The position numbers were made by a program, and so were the translations under genes. A DNA stretch of 63,706 nucleotides, counting the filler, from Reclinomonas americana ATCC 50394 (Eukaryota): NCBI GenBank assembly GCA_048213135.1. It is 20 parts of 20 records of this genome, joined end to end, with 100 filler letters (N's around TTAATTAATTAA, not from the genome) between each part and the next. Parts side by side here need not be neighbours in the genome. Positions count along the whole stretch, not along the records: positions 1 to 1,564 come from AFZH01018650.1; positions 1,665 to 9,197 come from AFZH01018652.1; positions 9,298 to 11,352 come from AFZH01018653.1; positions 11,453 to 13,418 come from AFZH01018654.1; positions 13,519 to 15,486 come from AFZH01018655.1; positions 15,587 to 18,290 come from AFZH01018656.1; positions 18,391 to 23,027 come from AFZH01018657.1; 13 more parts are not named here. The stretch is one strand, 5' to 3'. The notes under the pieces were generated by a model. The model was not told the DNA's origin and did no database searches. It worked only from the letters and a program-made list of their open reading frames with translations. Shown in pieces: positions 1 through 19,036 of the stretch. Positions within the stretch are counted from its first letter, which is position 1; each line of letters starts with the position of its first letter.

Positions 1-329
1 AGAGAGAGAGAGAGAGAGAGCAGCAGAAGAACAGGCTGCTGCTACATCTTACTTTTTCCGATGAGAGCAACCAGCGAGAAGGCGAGAGAGCATGAAGGAT
101 AGTCAGAGAAGAGAAGAGAGCTTCTTTTCTCCCTCGCCACACCGCTGCTTCTTGGACGACGAACAGATGCGAAGGCAACAGCAGAAGACCACAGGCAGCA
201 ACACAGAGAGAGAGAGAGAGAGAACGCAGCGCTTCAACAGAGAAACCGCGACGAGCACACGAGAAAGAACGAAAAGAGAGAAGAAGAGAGAGAACTGACA
301 ACCTCGCTCTTGTTTATCTTCTCCACGCT

Positions 330-960
330 TCTTGACGAAGAGCCAACATTAGTAGCAATCACAGTGAGAGAGAGTGAGAGGCAACAACAGAAACCGAGGC
401 CAAAAACGAGGCGAAGAAGACTGAGACGGGCAGAGAGACGAGGGGAGAGAGAGAAGATGATGAAGAACGACAACACCAGGCCCAACACTTGTAGAAGAGC
501 CAGCAGCAGCTACAATCACAAGCGAGAGAGAGAGGCGACAACAGAAACTGAGATCTGCGACGTGAAGACGAGAAAGGAAGATTGAGAGACAGGAAGAGAG
601 AGGAGAGGAGAAGAGAGAAAGAAGAACGACAATACCAGGCCCAACCCTTGTAGAAGAGCCAACAGCAGAGGCAATCACAAGCGAGAGAGAGAGAGGCGAC
701 AACAGCAACTGAGATCTGCGACGTGAAGACGAGAAAGGAAGATTAAGAGACACGCGGAGAGACGAGAGGAGAGGAAAAGAAGATGCTGAACGATAGTAGA
801 AGAGCCAACAGCAGCAACAATCGCAAGCGAGAGAGAGAGGCGACAGCAGAAACTGAGATCTGCGACGTGAAGACGAGAAAGGAAAACTGAGAGACAGGCA
901 GTGAGAGGAGAGGAGGGAGAGAAGATGATGAAGAACGACACCATCAGGCCCAGCCTTCTT
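330..960. repeat. Degenerate tandem repeat, about 3 copies of 130-170 nt
   Basis: AGAGAGGCGACA(A/G)CAG(A/C)AACTGAGATCTGCGACGTGAAGACGAGAAAGGAA recurs at about 530, 690 and 835. AGAAGAGCCA(A/G)CAGCAG recurs at about 493, 652 and 798. Confidence 0.8.
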
Positions 961-1446
961 GTCAACAGCCATCCCATTAAGAGAGAGAAGCCTTCGTCTT
1001 CCCCTTTTCCCCCTTCCTTCCCCTACATCACGCAACAGCCGCCACCCCCGCTCCTTCCCCTCCTCCTCCCGCCCCCACCGTCACCACCACTCTCGACGAA
1101 GGCGCCGACACGGGCTTCCCCGTGCGATACACATCCACGTACTTGGCCACCACTCCCGCCGCCGTACCCACCAGCACCCCATCAGCGCCACAGAACTGCA
1201 GGTGCTCCACTGCACGTGATCGCACTCCTCCGCTCACTCCTCCTCCGCCTCGAGGAGACAGCGATGAGGAGCCCGGGAAGAGAATGAGCTGCTTCTGCAA
1301 GGCCACCTCAAAGCGCGAGAGACTGGTGGACAATGAGAGGGTGAGACAGTGTGAGGTCTGTACCTTCTCAGACGCAGTCTCCCTCTGGCGATCAATCGTT
1401 GCTCTCACAATCACTCTCTCATCCTTCCCCTCCTCTACCCTTGCCC

Positions 1447-1498
<52 letters not shown>

Positions 1499-1664
1499 GT
1501 TTCCCTCTCTCTTTCTCTGTTTCTCTCTCTCTCTTTCTCTGTTTCTCTCTCTCTCTCTCTCTCTNNNNNNNNNNNNNNNNNNNNNNNNNNNNNNNNNNNN
1601 NNNNNNNNTTAATTAATTAANNNNNNNNNNNNNNNNNNNNNNNNNNNNNNNNNNNNNNNNNNNN

Positions 1665-4600
1665 GGCCGGGCAGCGGCGGTGGTGGCGCATTCAGTGCCA
1701 GAGTGAGGACGTGCACAATCAGCTCAAAGAGAAAGTCCTGCGGTCGCTGCACTTCTTGCGTCTGCGCCACCAAGTCGTCGGCGAGTCGCTGCATGTGGCG
1801 AATGGCGCTGACCACCTGCTCAAACTCGCGGTGCATCTCTCGCCGCGCGGCCGCACGCTCTCGCGAATCGCGCTCTACCTCCTCCATTTGCCTCAGCACG
1901 AGTCGCGACGCAGGGTCTACAATCGGCGCGGCGCAGTCGACGCGTGTGATGTGCAGTGGACGCTGACCGCACACCACATCGAGCGTGCACGCCACATTCG
2001 GTGGATCGTACCTACACGCTGCATTTGAGCACCACCACGAAAGGCGGTTTTCTTGGCAAGTGCGCATACCTGCTGCAGGTCCAGAATCGAACAGAGCACT
2101 CGGCGTCGACGGTGCACACTGACGTGTGATCGTCGCCAGTGTGCATGGCGGCGACTGCCGTGACCGGCAAATCGTCAGTCATGCGCGAGACAATCGACAC
2201 GGCAGGTCGACCGTCGACAGCAACAGGCAGTGTCAGCGACGACGCGTCCACGTAACGCAGCGTGCCGTCTGCACACGCCACAAATGCAAGACCGGATCGA
2301 AGCAACGACAGGCTGCAGACGCGAACGCCAGCCGCAGTGTCCACGCTGGCCGCCTGCAACACGATAGTGAGGCACATCGCCAACTCTTCTCTCACCACAA
2401 CCTTCAAACCTTTGCAGTGGTCACATAGTCCGAGCTGACGTGCGCACACCTCTCCGATACATCCGGCACAATCATAATGCCGTCGTCGCCACCCATCACA
2501 AACTGCATTTGCACCAAGATAACGCGACCCTCGCTGGTACCGCAAAGTATGCGCACCACAGCACCACCCGATTCACCGGCATCAGCAACGGCACAGGTCA
2601 TCGTTTCCGCCTGCATCTCCAGCAACGGCACACGCTGAGATCGCACAGTCTGGTCAACGTCAAACCGGCACACCTCCGGCAGTGCCGTGTTCACCACACA
2701 CGCCTTCACCATCCCGCTGCGACACACCCACACGACAGCGCTCTGTGCCGGAGACTCCGCCAGAGGCCAGCACGCCACCATGATGACTGGCGATGGGTTG
2801 GCTTGGTCCTCGTCGATGACGGGCTCGGGGCCAATTACCACCAAAGGCGCCGCTTCTTCCACTTCCTCCGGTGCAGCTGCGGCTGGAGCGTGCGTCAGCG
2901 AGTGCAAAAGGACGGTGCCGTCAGAGTAGCCAGCCAGCAGGTGCGTCGATGCAGCGGCAGCGTGATGAATGCGGTGCGGCAGCGACAGCTTGCAAAATTG
3001 CAGCGCGGTTGCCGTGAGCACGCGTTGTGGTGCCTCCTCGTCGCGCACGCGCTCGGCGTGAGGATGTCGCAGTTGGAGTCGAGGAGGCGCGGCGACAGCG
3101 CCCGCGCCATCATCTGCATTCCACACGGACACGGTGCTGTGCATGTCGGGAGCGGCGGCCACCAGCGGGTCATCGGAGATGGCCACGGCGGCAAGCGGCA
3201 TTGTGCGACCACCAAAACGAGTCGCAGGCGGCGTAAAGGTGGCACGAATGGTTGGCAAGGCGGCCGCCGGTCCTCCCAACTCTCTCTCCCACAGCACGAC
3301 TGTGCCATCGTCGCCGCCAGTTACCACGCGCACCTTTGCGCCCGCAGCACCACCAATGGCCACGAATCGCGGCGTCATGACATGCAGACTTGCCCCCATG
3401 GATGACGCCGACTGGCCGAGGAACTGACCGCGAACCAAACGTTCGTCGGGCTGGAACGTCCACCGCTGCAGCCGCGGGTGAGCCTCCTCACGCGAGAGCG
3501 ATAGCACCGCACACTCGCCCTGCACAAAGCAAAGGGTCGAGATGGGGAATTCGTGCGCACGCTCCACACGGTGGATCACCGTCGCCACCGGCACCTCGGC
3601 GTCGGCGTCGATGGCCCACACCAAAATGCTCAAGTCGTTGCCGCCACTCGCCAAAAACTTGCTGTCGTGCGAGAAAACCAGGCAGCGCACCGGCGCACGA
3701 TGTCCGACCAAGTTGCGCGTCAGCGTTCCACGCCCCGCCGCCATGTTCACCAACTGAATGGTGGCCGAGGCGAGGCCGGTGGCCAGCCAGCAACCGTTGG
3801 GCGACAGAGCCACGCTCTGCGTATCGTACACACGCGCCAGGTGTGGCGGCTCGGCACTCAATCCGTACAGTCGTGGCATGAGGCGTCGCGCAGTCCACGG
3901 CAGTCGTACTTGCTGGTCATCGCTGTATTGCCGCTGGAAAAAGTACACATTGTCTTCGCGCGTGCAGGCAACAACTTCTTCGTAGTTTGTCGACGGCGTG
4001 CGGACACGACGCGCCGTAAGCGTCAACACGGCAGAGCGGTGTGGCGTGAATCCGCGCACACGTTTCACCACCGTCAGGATCGAGTCTTCAATCCGACCAG
4101 GCGGCTGCTCATCCACGGTGCGGAAGAACTCCGGCAGCAGCAACGTCGGCTGCCGCTCCAGCAACACATCGATTGGTTGCACGACGGCAGCACCGTCCCG
4201 CATCACCGCATCTGCAGGTGGATGCACCGGCCACTCACACACGCGCCCATCCCAAGTTCCCGCCACCACCGACTGCTCCTCGCCGCCGTCGTTCAGGAAG
4301 GCGACAGCCGGAATGCAATGGTCCGAGACAGCAATGGTTGACGAGCGACGCCACGCGCCGCTGCCCTCGTCGTAGTCGACAATCGTCAGCGTGCCATTGA
4401 GGTTGCCGCAACAGATGCGACGCGAGTCGGCAGAGACGGTGATCGACATGACTGGCGACAAGGCCATGTGATTGTACGGCGTTTGTCGCGCACCCCGATC
4501 CTCCACTATAACCAGCGAACCGTCCATGCAGCCAACAGAGTACAGCAGTCCATCGCGCGACGTGGCGACCGTGTTCATCACGGGATCGAGGAGTTCCAGT

Positions 4601-7600
4601 TGCGCTTGCGGTCCGGCCTGGCGGTTGCCAGGCGCAGCTTGCTTGGCCACTGTTTCCTGTTGGGTCGGAGGTGCGCCAAACGAAACACTGCACATCATCG
4701 TTTCGCGCAACGACGCCCCGTCGATAAAGGCACCGTGCAACCTCGCCCCCGTCATATTCGCGCCGTCCAGCAGTGTGCCGTGCATCACAACCTGCACACA
4801 CGCGTACACGCAAAGAGTGAGTGAAAAAGAGTGTACGCACAGGCGCAGCTGACAAACACGCAACATTGGTCAAGTCGGCGTACGCCAAGTGAGCAGAGCG
4901 CAAGTCGAGACCCGAAAACGACACGCCAGCATGGCAGAGAATCGTGGCAGCATTCGAGGTGGCACAGTTCACCCACGGCCGACTGCTCGTTGGCACACCA
5001 TCTGCCGCGTCCCACTCATGCACTGCGTGATGCAGTCGCAACACACGATTCAGCAGGCAGTCCAGCACTCTGGCGTCTGAGCGAGCGGCGGCCGCCAGCA
5101 TCTCCAGCAACGTGTGGTCGTTGCGCTCAGACAAGTAGCACGTGCCGAGGAAGTGGCCACGCAGTGCCGTCTCCAGCTCGCGCTCATCCCCTACCGGCAC
5201 TGCGACCAACCGCTGCAATTGTCGCGCCAAGTAGTGATCACGCAGAAGCACATGAGCAAAGCGCGCGCTCGAAAAGTCATCGCTCAACAGCACAGTGGGA
5301 GCGCTGCGCTGCAGAATGTCCACGGCGAACTGCCAACTGTCCCCCGCCACGTTGATGCTGTCACTCTGTGCAAGATAGGCCTCCACGGCCAGTCGTTCCA
5401 GCACACGGATCTGATCGGCTTCGCGCATCCATCCCGGGCCCGCAAGGTGGTCATGGTAACCGTCACCGCGGTTGTGTGCAACATCACGCACTCCCAGCGA
5501 GCGCTCGCGCAGCACCTTGGCCAGCGTCGCCGCCAATGTGTACAGCTGCCGCCCACCTTTTTGGTTCAATTCGGCGATTCGTCGAGCGACTTGGGGCCAC
5601 GTCCACAGCAGTGGCAGGAACGACGGGACACGCGCCAGCTCACGGAGGGCAGGCACTCGCTGAGCGCTGTCCCACACCTCTTCACGCACTCGGCGGCACG
5701 TCTCGTCGTCAGGTCCCATGCCGTCCACTGCATCCAAGCCCAGCGCTTCGATGAGGTCGCGCAATCGTGGCTGCAGCGTCGCGATTGACCGGTCGATATC
5801 AGCTACCTCAGACGCGGCAATCTGCATGGCTGTCGAGTATGAGCGCGCTTCCTCGGCCAACTCGCTGACAAATCGCTCGATGAAGAAGTGAATCGCGGAG
5901 TCACTGAAGCCGGTGAGGGCGAGAACAGCGGCACCACCGGCTGTGGGACTATCCGTGCCCAGGAGCACCTTCGACACGGGTCGCAGAGCCTCGGAGCGCA
6001 CGCACACGACGACAGTAGTCTTGGGGTAATTGCCCAAGTCTCGCACCTGCATGTCAATGAGCAAAACGGCGGACGAACACATTTAAACTGCTGGTGAGAC
6101 GGACACGCAACGAGGCGAGAAGAGAACTTTGCTTCAGACACATCGGCAAGTACGTGCAAACCGTCCAGCATAAGCAACAGAGGGCGGCGACACAGTCGTG
6201 CGACTGCACTGGCAGTGGCCATGGTCGACACCGAAAGCTGCTGGAACCACAGGCGCACAAGGCCTTCGACAGTGAGGTCGCGGAGATGCTCTATACGCGC
6301 GCCGGCCAGATTGATGAGGAGAGGCAGTGGTTGCACCGTGCTGTTGACTGCGGCTGCGCTGTAGTTCAGCGCGAGATCTACCATGGCGCAGGTCTTGCCG
6401 CTGCCGACGGGTCCCACCACAAACACGACCTGTGTGGCGCCTGCACCGATACGTCGCGTTGCACAAAAGTCGAGAATCTGGTTAACGAGTGAGTTCGCTG
6501 CGACAGGGACGAGCACCAGGGAATACTCTTTCTTCACACACCTGTTGTTGTACTGGTTGCGGTTTGACTGCCGACGTATTCGGCTGCGGGGTGCAGTCGA
6601 GCGGGACTACAATCGACGGTACAAACGCTTCGTACATGGCGCACTGAGTGGCGACTGATCGTAGCAACGTGGCGCGATCGTCGACCACATCCATAGCATC
6701 GCCACCGGCTGCAAGGATGGTCAGGTCAACAGATGCACCCTTGACATGCAAACGCCAAATATTCACACACCTGGCACACTGAGCGTATCAAAGTCAACCA
6801 GCAGAGCCGCACACATGGACTCCGACATGTTGTACACATCGCGAAGTCGGCGAGTGACAGTGTCCATCGCCAGCCGCAATTCAGCAATAGCCTGAGCATA
6901 CACGGCCTCCTCCATTCCGACAGCACCGCGGTGGACCATGTCGTTCTTCACATCGCGGACTCTTTTCAGCAGCTCCTGTTGCGAGCAAACAACGTGAGAC
7001 AACCTACGCAGGGACAGCAAAGAGAACAGAGGAACGGAAACGCAACCAACAACCCGCGATCGTCGCACAGCGGAATGGCGTATCGATCCTTGCTGTTTTC
7101 GGCATCCCAAAAAACTTTCGCTCGGTCAGGGGGCAGCGCGGTTGACAGCGACCACACCTCCGCGGCAGCGACATCGGCAGGGTTGATGCCGCACCGGTAT
7201 GCTACGAATTCCAAGATGTTGATAATCTTGCCCGAGTCAAACGACACCACAATGTCCTCATTCTCTGGGTTCTCGTACAAACAGCAGAGAGTGCGACAGG
7301 CAGTCGCTGAGTTGCAGTTGTCAAGGAAACTCTCGCGGGGCGGTTTTCCGCGCTTAGCTTGGCTGCCTGGAGAATACCAGCAATATCTGCATAACCTGCA
7401 AGTCAGCGCAGCGAGAACAAGAGAAAGTCACTGAAAATCTACACGCGAACCTCCACGCATCGAGGTCAACTTGCTCCACAAGGGGAAAAGAAACCTCTTC
7501 GGCTTCCGCGCGCTCAATTGCAGTCTTTGTTGCTGCATCAAGTGCTTTCGCGGTGAAAGCGTCTACACACACACCGCCAAGGAAACATGCTTTCTGCGCA

Positions 7601-9197
7601 TCAAAGTCTGGCTCGCCGGTGAAAGCACAGCGTTCTTGCACAGCTGCTTTGAAGCGGCGCATCTCCTTGCGCAGGAGTGCAACCAGCGCCGGTCGCAGGC
7701 CAGCATTCAAGGTCGCGCGCAACGTAACAATCTCAGCCGAACCCCTGTGACCAAGACACAAGATGCTCTTGTCAGCATATTACATACGCATGGACGGCCA
7801 GTTGCGAAACAAACCGTGACATGAGGTACCAACTGGCGGCATCCTGACTGCGCTGATGCTCCAGCGACACGAGGTCTCTGAAAGCATGTGCGTACACCAC
7901 CCAGAATCAGATCACCAAACAAGATGACGGCAGCAGTGGTAGCGCGGACTTGCCTATTGAAATCCGCACAGAGAAGCGGGTCCGCGGCCATTTCCACGCA
8001 ATGGAGAGAAGGGAAGCCCCATTGAGGCAGCGCTTGGCCGTGAGTACCCACCAGATTTGACAGGAGAGGCATGTGCATGACCGCCAAGCGCAAGCCATCG
8101 AGGGTGGTGAGCTCGACCTCCGTCTCCGCCTCATCAGGTTCGTCATCAGCATCGTCTCCGTGAGCAATCAACAGGTCGACCACGCCAAGGTCGCCGCAAA
8201 CGACGCCTTGCATTCCATATCCTCTCGCCAGTCGCTGCACACAGCGCAAACCAAGTGCAAGGCGGTCGGATGGTTCCGTGGCCGAGCAGTAGAGCAGCCA
8301 CATACGCAGCAATTCCACTGACGAGAGATGCGCGACGCACAATGGACCCAGCAGTCGCACCAAACGTAACACGGAGAGCGAGCGCAGCAGATGCACGTCG
8401 TGCCGTTTCACGGCCGCCTGGTACAGCTCCTCGCCAAGGTAGGTCTCAATCGAGGGCAGTGATGGCGGCAGAAGGTGTTGCACTTGGATGTTTTGCAGCT
8501 GGTACGAGTTGCTCGCCAGGTCGAGGGGCGCCAACAGTCGCATACATTGGCTGGGATCATAATCGCCATGCATGAGCTGGAGGACCTCATGCCGCGTCGC
8601 AATGATCAAGCGCAAGTTGTGGTAGTGGGCGAGCTGCAACGAATGGTTCATGAGGCTACATTTAGTAGGCGTACATGCACGGACGTTCGACAAACCTGAA
8701 AGCGGTCAACCAGCGGGGTTTGAAGCTGATATGCAGCACTGCTATCCAGTCCGTCGATGAACAGAGCAATGCGCATATGTCGAAGAACTTGGATCAAGCC
8801 GAGCTCGGAGACTCCAGGATGCAACTGCTGCACCAGGTGCACCACCAAGTCGAAACTTGCCGACTCGCGGTGCAGCAGTGTGTCAGTCAAGTCGACGTAT
8901 AGTGGCAGCATATAGTCGGTGCCGTCCAGCACACACTGCGCCAATGTCGAGGCGCACTCGCGCAGTAAAGAAGTCTTGCCACTCCCTCGCGGACCCTCCA
9001 CGAGAAGAACGCGGGCGCTGTTGCCGCCATCGCTTTGCGCGAATTGCAACACCTGCGCGTGACCGTTGTTGTGTGAGCAATCTGAATTCAGAGGGAGACA
9101 GACACTCACTCATGTATATCACACCCTCACCTCCTGGCTTGCGCTGTTATATGCACCGTCACCCAGTGCACTATCATCGAGCCGAAGCGTCGTCTGC
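1665..9197 (-). CDS. Large multi-exon STAND/NLR-like protein: NACHT-like NTPase, HEPN-like helical domain, second NACHT NTPase, pentapeptide repeats, WD40 repeats (both ends run into gaps)
   Basis: NTPase 1: Walker A VLLVEGPRGSGKT (about 8972-9010), Walker B ALFIDGLD, sensor RLIIATR. NTPase 2: Walker A VFVVGPVGSGKT (about 6391-6425), LLLMLDGLH, VVVCVRSE. Pentapeptide stretch NAATILCHAGVSFSGLDLRSAHLAYADLTN|VVMHGTLLDGANMTGARLHGAFIDGASL. WD40 repeats such as GHRAPVRCLVFSHDSKFLASGGNDLSILVW and VVTGGDDGTVVLWE. The junctions I traced between the two NTPases are in phase. Confidence 0.85.
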
Positions 9198-9337
9198 NNN
9201 NNNNNNNNNNNNNNNNNNNNNNNNNNNNNNNNNNNNNNNNNTTAATTAATTAANNNNNNNNNNNNNNNNNNNNNNNNNNNNNNNNNNNNNNNNNNNNAAA
9301 AGCACAAATGCACGAGGAAGCACACGCACACACACAC

Positions 9338-15109
<5,772 letters not shown>

Positions 15110-15792
15110 CTGTGGGGAGAGCGGGGAGGGTGGTGAGATGGAGAGGAGAAGAAAGAGAGAAAGTGGGAAGAGGAGGGATGGGAGAGGGAGGGAGAGAGGA
15201 GAAGAGGAAAGAAAGAACGACGTCAAGATGAAGGGAAGCAAAACATGGTCGTATTCCCGTCTTCCCTTTCAAGCGCACTCATTCTCCTCTCACTTTTCCT
15301 GTATTCCTCCTTTCCTCTCCCTCCCTCCTTTCCTTTCAAACACACTCTTCCTTCTCTCACTTCCCAGGGTTTCCGTCTTTCCCTCTTTGTCAGCCTTCCT
15401 CTCGCGTATCGTTTCTCCACTCTCGCATTCTCTATCCATTCCACTATCATCTTTTTCTGTTTCTCTTTCACACACATTCTGTCTTCNNNNNNNNNNNNNN
15501 NNNNNNNNNNNNNNNNNNNNNNNNNNNNNNTTAATTAATTAANNNNNNNNNNNNNNNNNNNNNNNNNNNNNNNNNNNNNNNNNNNNGTGATAAAGGAGTG
15601 ATTGATGAAGACAGGACATTGGTTCGTGGTTTGACGTTGGTGTGTTCTCTGTGTCTTTCTTGAGTGCACTGTGTGTGTGTGAGAGGGCGAGTGAGAGTGA
15701 GAGGTGTGCAGCGGAGGAGAGAGAGAGAGAAAGAGAGGAAAGCTATTCGGGAACGTCGAGCCTCATTGCTCTGTTGTTATCATTATTAGTGT

Positions 15793-18412
15793 TCAATTCT
15801 TTCCCCTCGTTAATGGCTCCAGCAGCATTCCACCGCCATTGACTGCATCCGGCGACTGCTGCTTGAAGGCGGAGAACCACCTGCGTAATATCAACGACAG
15901 GATCCAGTAGACGCCGCGCCATCTGTACCGCAGTGTGTGTGTGTGTGAGTGCCGTGGAGGCAGGGGAACGGTCGCCGGTCACGCAACAATGAGAAGCAGC
16001 CACCGATGATGGCGACTTCGGAGCCCAGGAAGTCGGTCACGGAGAACTGGTATGTCTCCTGCGCACGACGTTAGACACCGCAGCACACGAATATATTCGC
16101 ACGCTCAAACAGAGAACAACTCAGCAAACGGAAGTAGCACGGGGCAGCCAACTCACACGACCACCAAAGCAGCAACATCGCAGGAACCGAAGCAACGCAA
16201 GAGAGGAACACAGCACGACACAACAAAAGCGCAAGCCTTAATAAAAAAGCAGCGCAGGAACAGAATAGCAAGACCGCAGCACCAGACCGACAACCACACG
16301 AGAGCAACAGAGCACCACAGCATGACACAGCCAAGCAACAGCACACGAGAAAAGTATCGCACAGCCACTTCAGACTCAGCAGCACACAGAATCGCACAGA
16401 CGATCCATTTTCCGGTACATACTGCTCTCTTCCCCTTCCTTCTTTCTTCGCTCCTTCCCCTCCTCACCCCCTCCTCCCATTTCACACCTTAAATGTCGAC
16501 AGTGCCGGACGCACGCCTGCATGGCAGAAAGGCACAGCAGTTAGCACAGCTCGCAGTCTCATCATTCTACGACGACACACATACCAATGGACGCCTGGTA
16601 TCCACTCGGCAGCGAGTTGGCGAAGAACGCCGGAGAAAACGATGAAATCTGCACACAAGAGATGAGCTGCGATCATGTCGAAAGCAGGCCCCCGCGCCCA
16701 TCAGCAAACCTCCGTCTGCTCGATCACGTGGTACTTGTAGTCCTGGCTAGAATCCATGTATTTGTACTGCTGGATCTCCGTGACCAGGATCTCGAAGAAC
16801 TGACCATGCCAGTTGAGCGAGCCAGTCGCGAGAACACAACGAGGATAATGAAAAAAGAACGAAAGATGCACCTGACGACCAGGAACCCCGGCATTGGAAA
16901 TGGCTTGCGCGACGCTGTTGGCTTGCATCTGCCGCAGCACAAGCGTGAGGAAAACAATCACGTTGCTTGTGCAACCGGAGAGCACAAAAGGACACGCAAC
17001 GACATAATTTAGCGATATTTCAGCACCCTGCGTCGCGCCCTGCATGACTTCTGCGAAGAGAGACAAGGAAAGTGAGTGAGTGGCAACTGATTCGCCGCTC
17101 ATGGGAGCACCGACACACTTTGGTAGTTCGCATCCTCCCGAGGGGTCTGCGCACGAGGGAGGTGAGAGCCAATTTATTCCAGCATACGGGGGCGAGCGAT
17201 GAACGTAACGAAAAAGTATATGAAGAATGTGGAAGGCGATGGCGTCGAGGCTTTGATGACCATCGTGTAACCTGCGTAAAAGACGCGGTGAACGGAAACA
17301 GACAGGAGGGAGTCGAGAGCGCTCTCTCTCTCTCTCTCTCTCACTATTGCCAGACTATGTTTCCCCTTCGCTGTCTTTTTTTTCTTCTCTCTCTCTCTCA
17401 TACACACACACGCACACACACTCTTGCCAGACAATATTTACTCTTCGCTATCTCTTTCCCTCCCTCACTGCATCCCTCCTCTCTCTCTCTCTTCTCTCCC
17501 TTGTCAGACTATTTCTCCTTTGCTGTATCACACTCCACTCTTCTTCTCCCTTCTCCCTCTCTCTCAGTCACTCATTGCTCCCTCTTTTTCTTTCTTTATC
17601 TGTCTCACTGTCCCTCTCAGTGACTTACTCTCCCTCCCTCCCTTGCTGTATCACTCTCCACTCTCTTCTCCCGCTTCCCTTTCTCTATCTCTCTCACTCT
17701 TTCTATCTCTCTCACTCTCCCTCCCTCTCCTCAACTCACCAGGATTGACAGTCGGCAACGCGCCGGAGATGACGTACTCCTTTTGCTGCGTGTTGGCAAA
17801 GAAGCAGTACGAGGTGCCCTCCTCACCCGAGAGGAAGGCGAATGCATCGGCGTTGTACAAGCAATTGTCGCCGGCGTACGGCGCCGGCGTCCACTTCCTG
17901 CAATCGCCGCGCGTCCGTCATTGGAAGAAAGGGAAGAGAGAGCGAGCGAGCGAGAGAAATGATGCGCAACTCGGTCACGTTGAGAAATGTCTGGTCGTTG
18001 ACAATCGTGCTGCCGCGCCACAAAGGATGCGTGAGATCAACACAGAGAAGGGTGGGGGGCGCAGCGCTCGTACCAGCTCACGTCAACGGGAATCACACTT
18101 GCTCCGACGGTGCAAAAGAGGATAGCTGGGAAGGCGATGGATTGTAGAGTGGAGAACTGGAGGACGGCGGGAAGGGTGAGGTGAGGGGAATTGGGGAAGG
18201 AAGAACCAAGCAGCGAGGATACAAAAGAGGAGAGGAGAGGAGAGGAGAGGAGTGGCAAGAGGAGAGGAGAAGAGAGAGAGAGAGAGACAGNNNNNNNNNN
18301 NNNNNNNNNNNNNNNNNNNNNNNNNNNNNNNNNNTTAATTAATTAANNNNNNNNNNNNNNNNNNNNNNNNNNNNNNNNNNNNNNNNNNNNCTCTCTCTCT
18401 CTCTCTCTCGTC

Positions 18413-18473
<61 letters not shown>

Positions 18474-19036
18474 GTCTGTCTGTCTGTCTCTCTCTCTGGT
18501 TGCCTTCTCCCAGTCTGCTTGTCTCCTCTCGCCCTCTCTCTCCCTCCTCTCTCTCTCTCTCTCAACACTCACACTTTCTCTCTCTCTCTCTCTCTCTCTC
18601 TGGTTGCCTGTCTCTTTCCCTCCCTCCCTCCCTCCCTTCCTCCCTCCCTCTCCCTCTCCCCCACATCCTCCCACATCTTCTCCCTTCTACATCCCCTTTT
18701 CCCCACATCTCCATCCCTTTTACCCCACATCTCCCCTCTTCCTCCCTCACCTGGATTCCTCAGCGACTGCGCCAACCGCAGCCCATAATACGTCGTAAAC
18801 CCCACAAACAGACACAAGGCGAGCAGCGAGGCACTCCACACCGCCACTCGCTCATTGCGCCTTCGCACACGCTTACTCCCAACAACACGACGAGAACGCT
18901 CTTCACCATCATCATCATCATCATCATTGCCATCGTCATCAACTCTTCTCTGACGACTTGTGAGAGCGCGCACTTGCTGCTGCAAGGCCTCCAGTTGTTG
19001 TTGCGTGGTGCTCAGTTCGTGGCGCAATGACTCCAT
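15793..19036 (-). CDS. Two-transmembrane membrane protein, copy 1 (DEG/ENaC- or ERGIC-like topology), multi-exon, spans one gap
   Basis: Exon 1 (19036-18751): MESLRHELSTTQQQLEALQQQ coiled coil plus TM1 VAVWSASLLALCLFVGFTTYYG. Then LQSIAFPAILFC, a Cys-containing loop, and TM2 region YQFSVTDFLGSEVAIIGGCFSL|WRGVYWILSLILRRW. Stop at 15793. The exon 1 to exon 2 phase needs a small exon I could not find. Confidence 0.6.

Noticed and set aside
330..960. Interspaced repeats resembling a CRISPR array (also 58780-59360 and 60975-61445)
   Set aside because: Units are degenerate and variable, the intervening sequence is itself repetitive, there are no cas genes, and the context is eukaryotic.
1028..1400. 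Pro-rich ORFs in the first contig
   Set aside because: May be an exon, but no frame or family could be supported.
1609..1620. TTAATTAATTAA palindrome as a piggyBac target or biological motif
   Set aside because: It is an artificial linker, always centred in 88 Ns.
16701..17434. In-frame stops in two-TM copy 1 ORFs suggesting a pseudogene or alternative genetic code
   Set aside because: The stop near 17174 falls in an intron shared with copy 2, and the one near 16701 probably does too. Other gene models here are consistent with the standard code.
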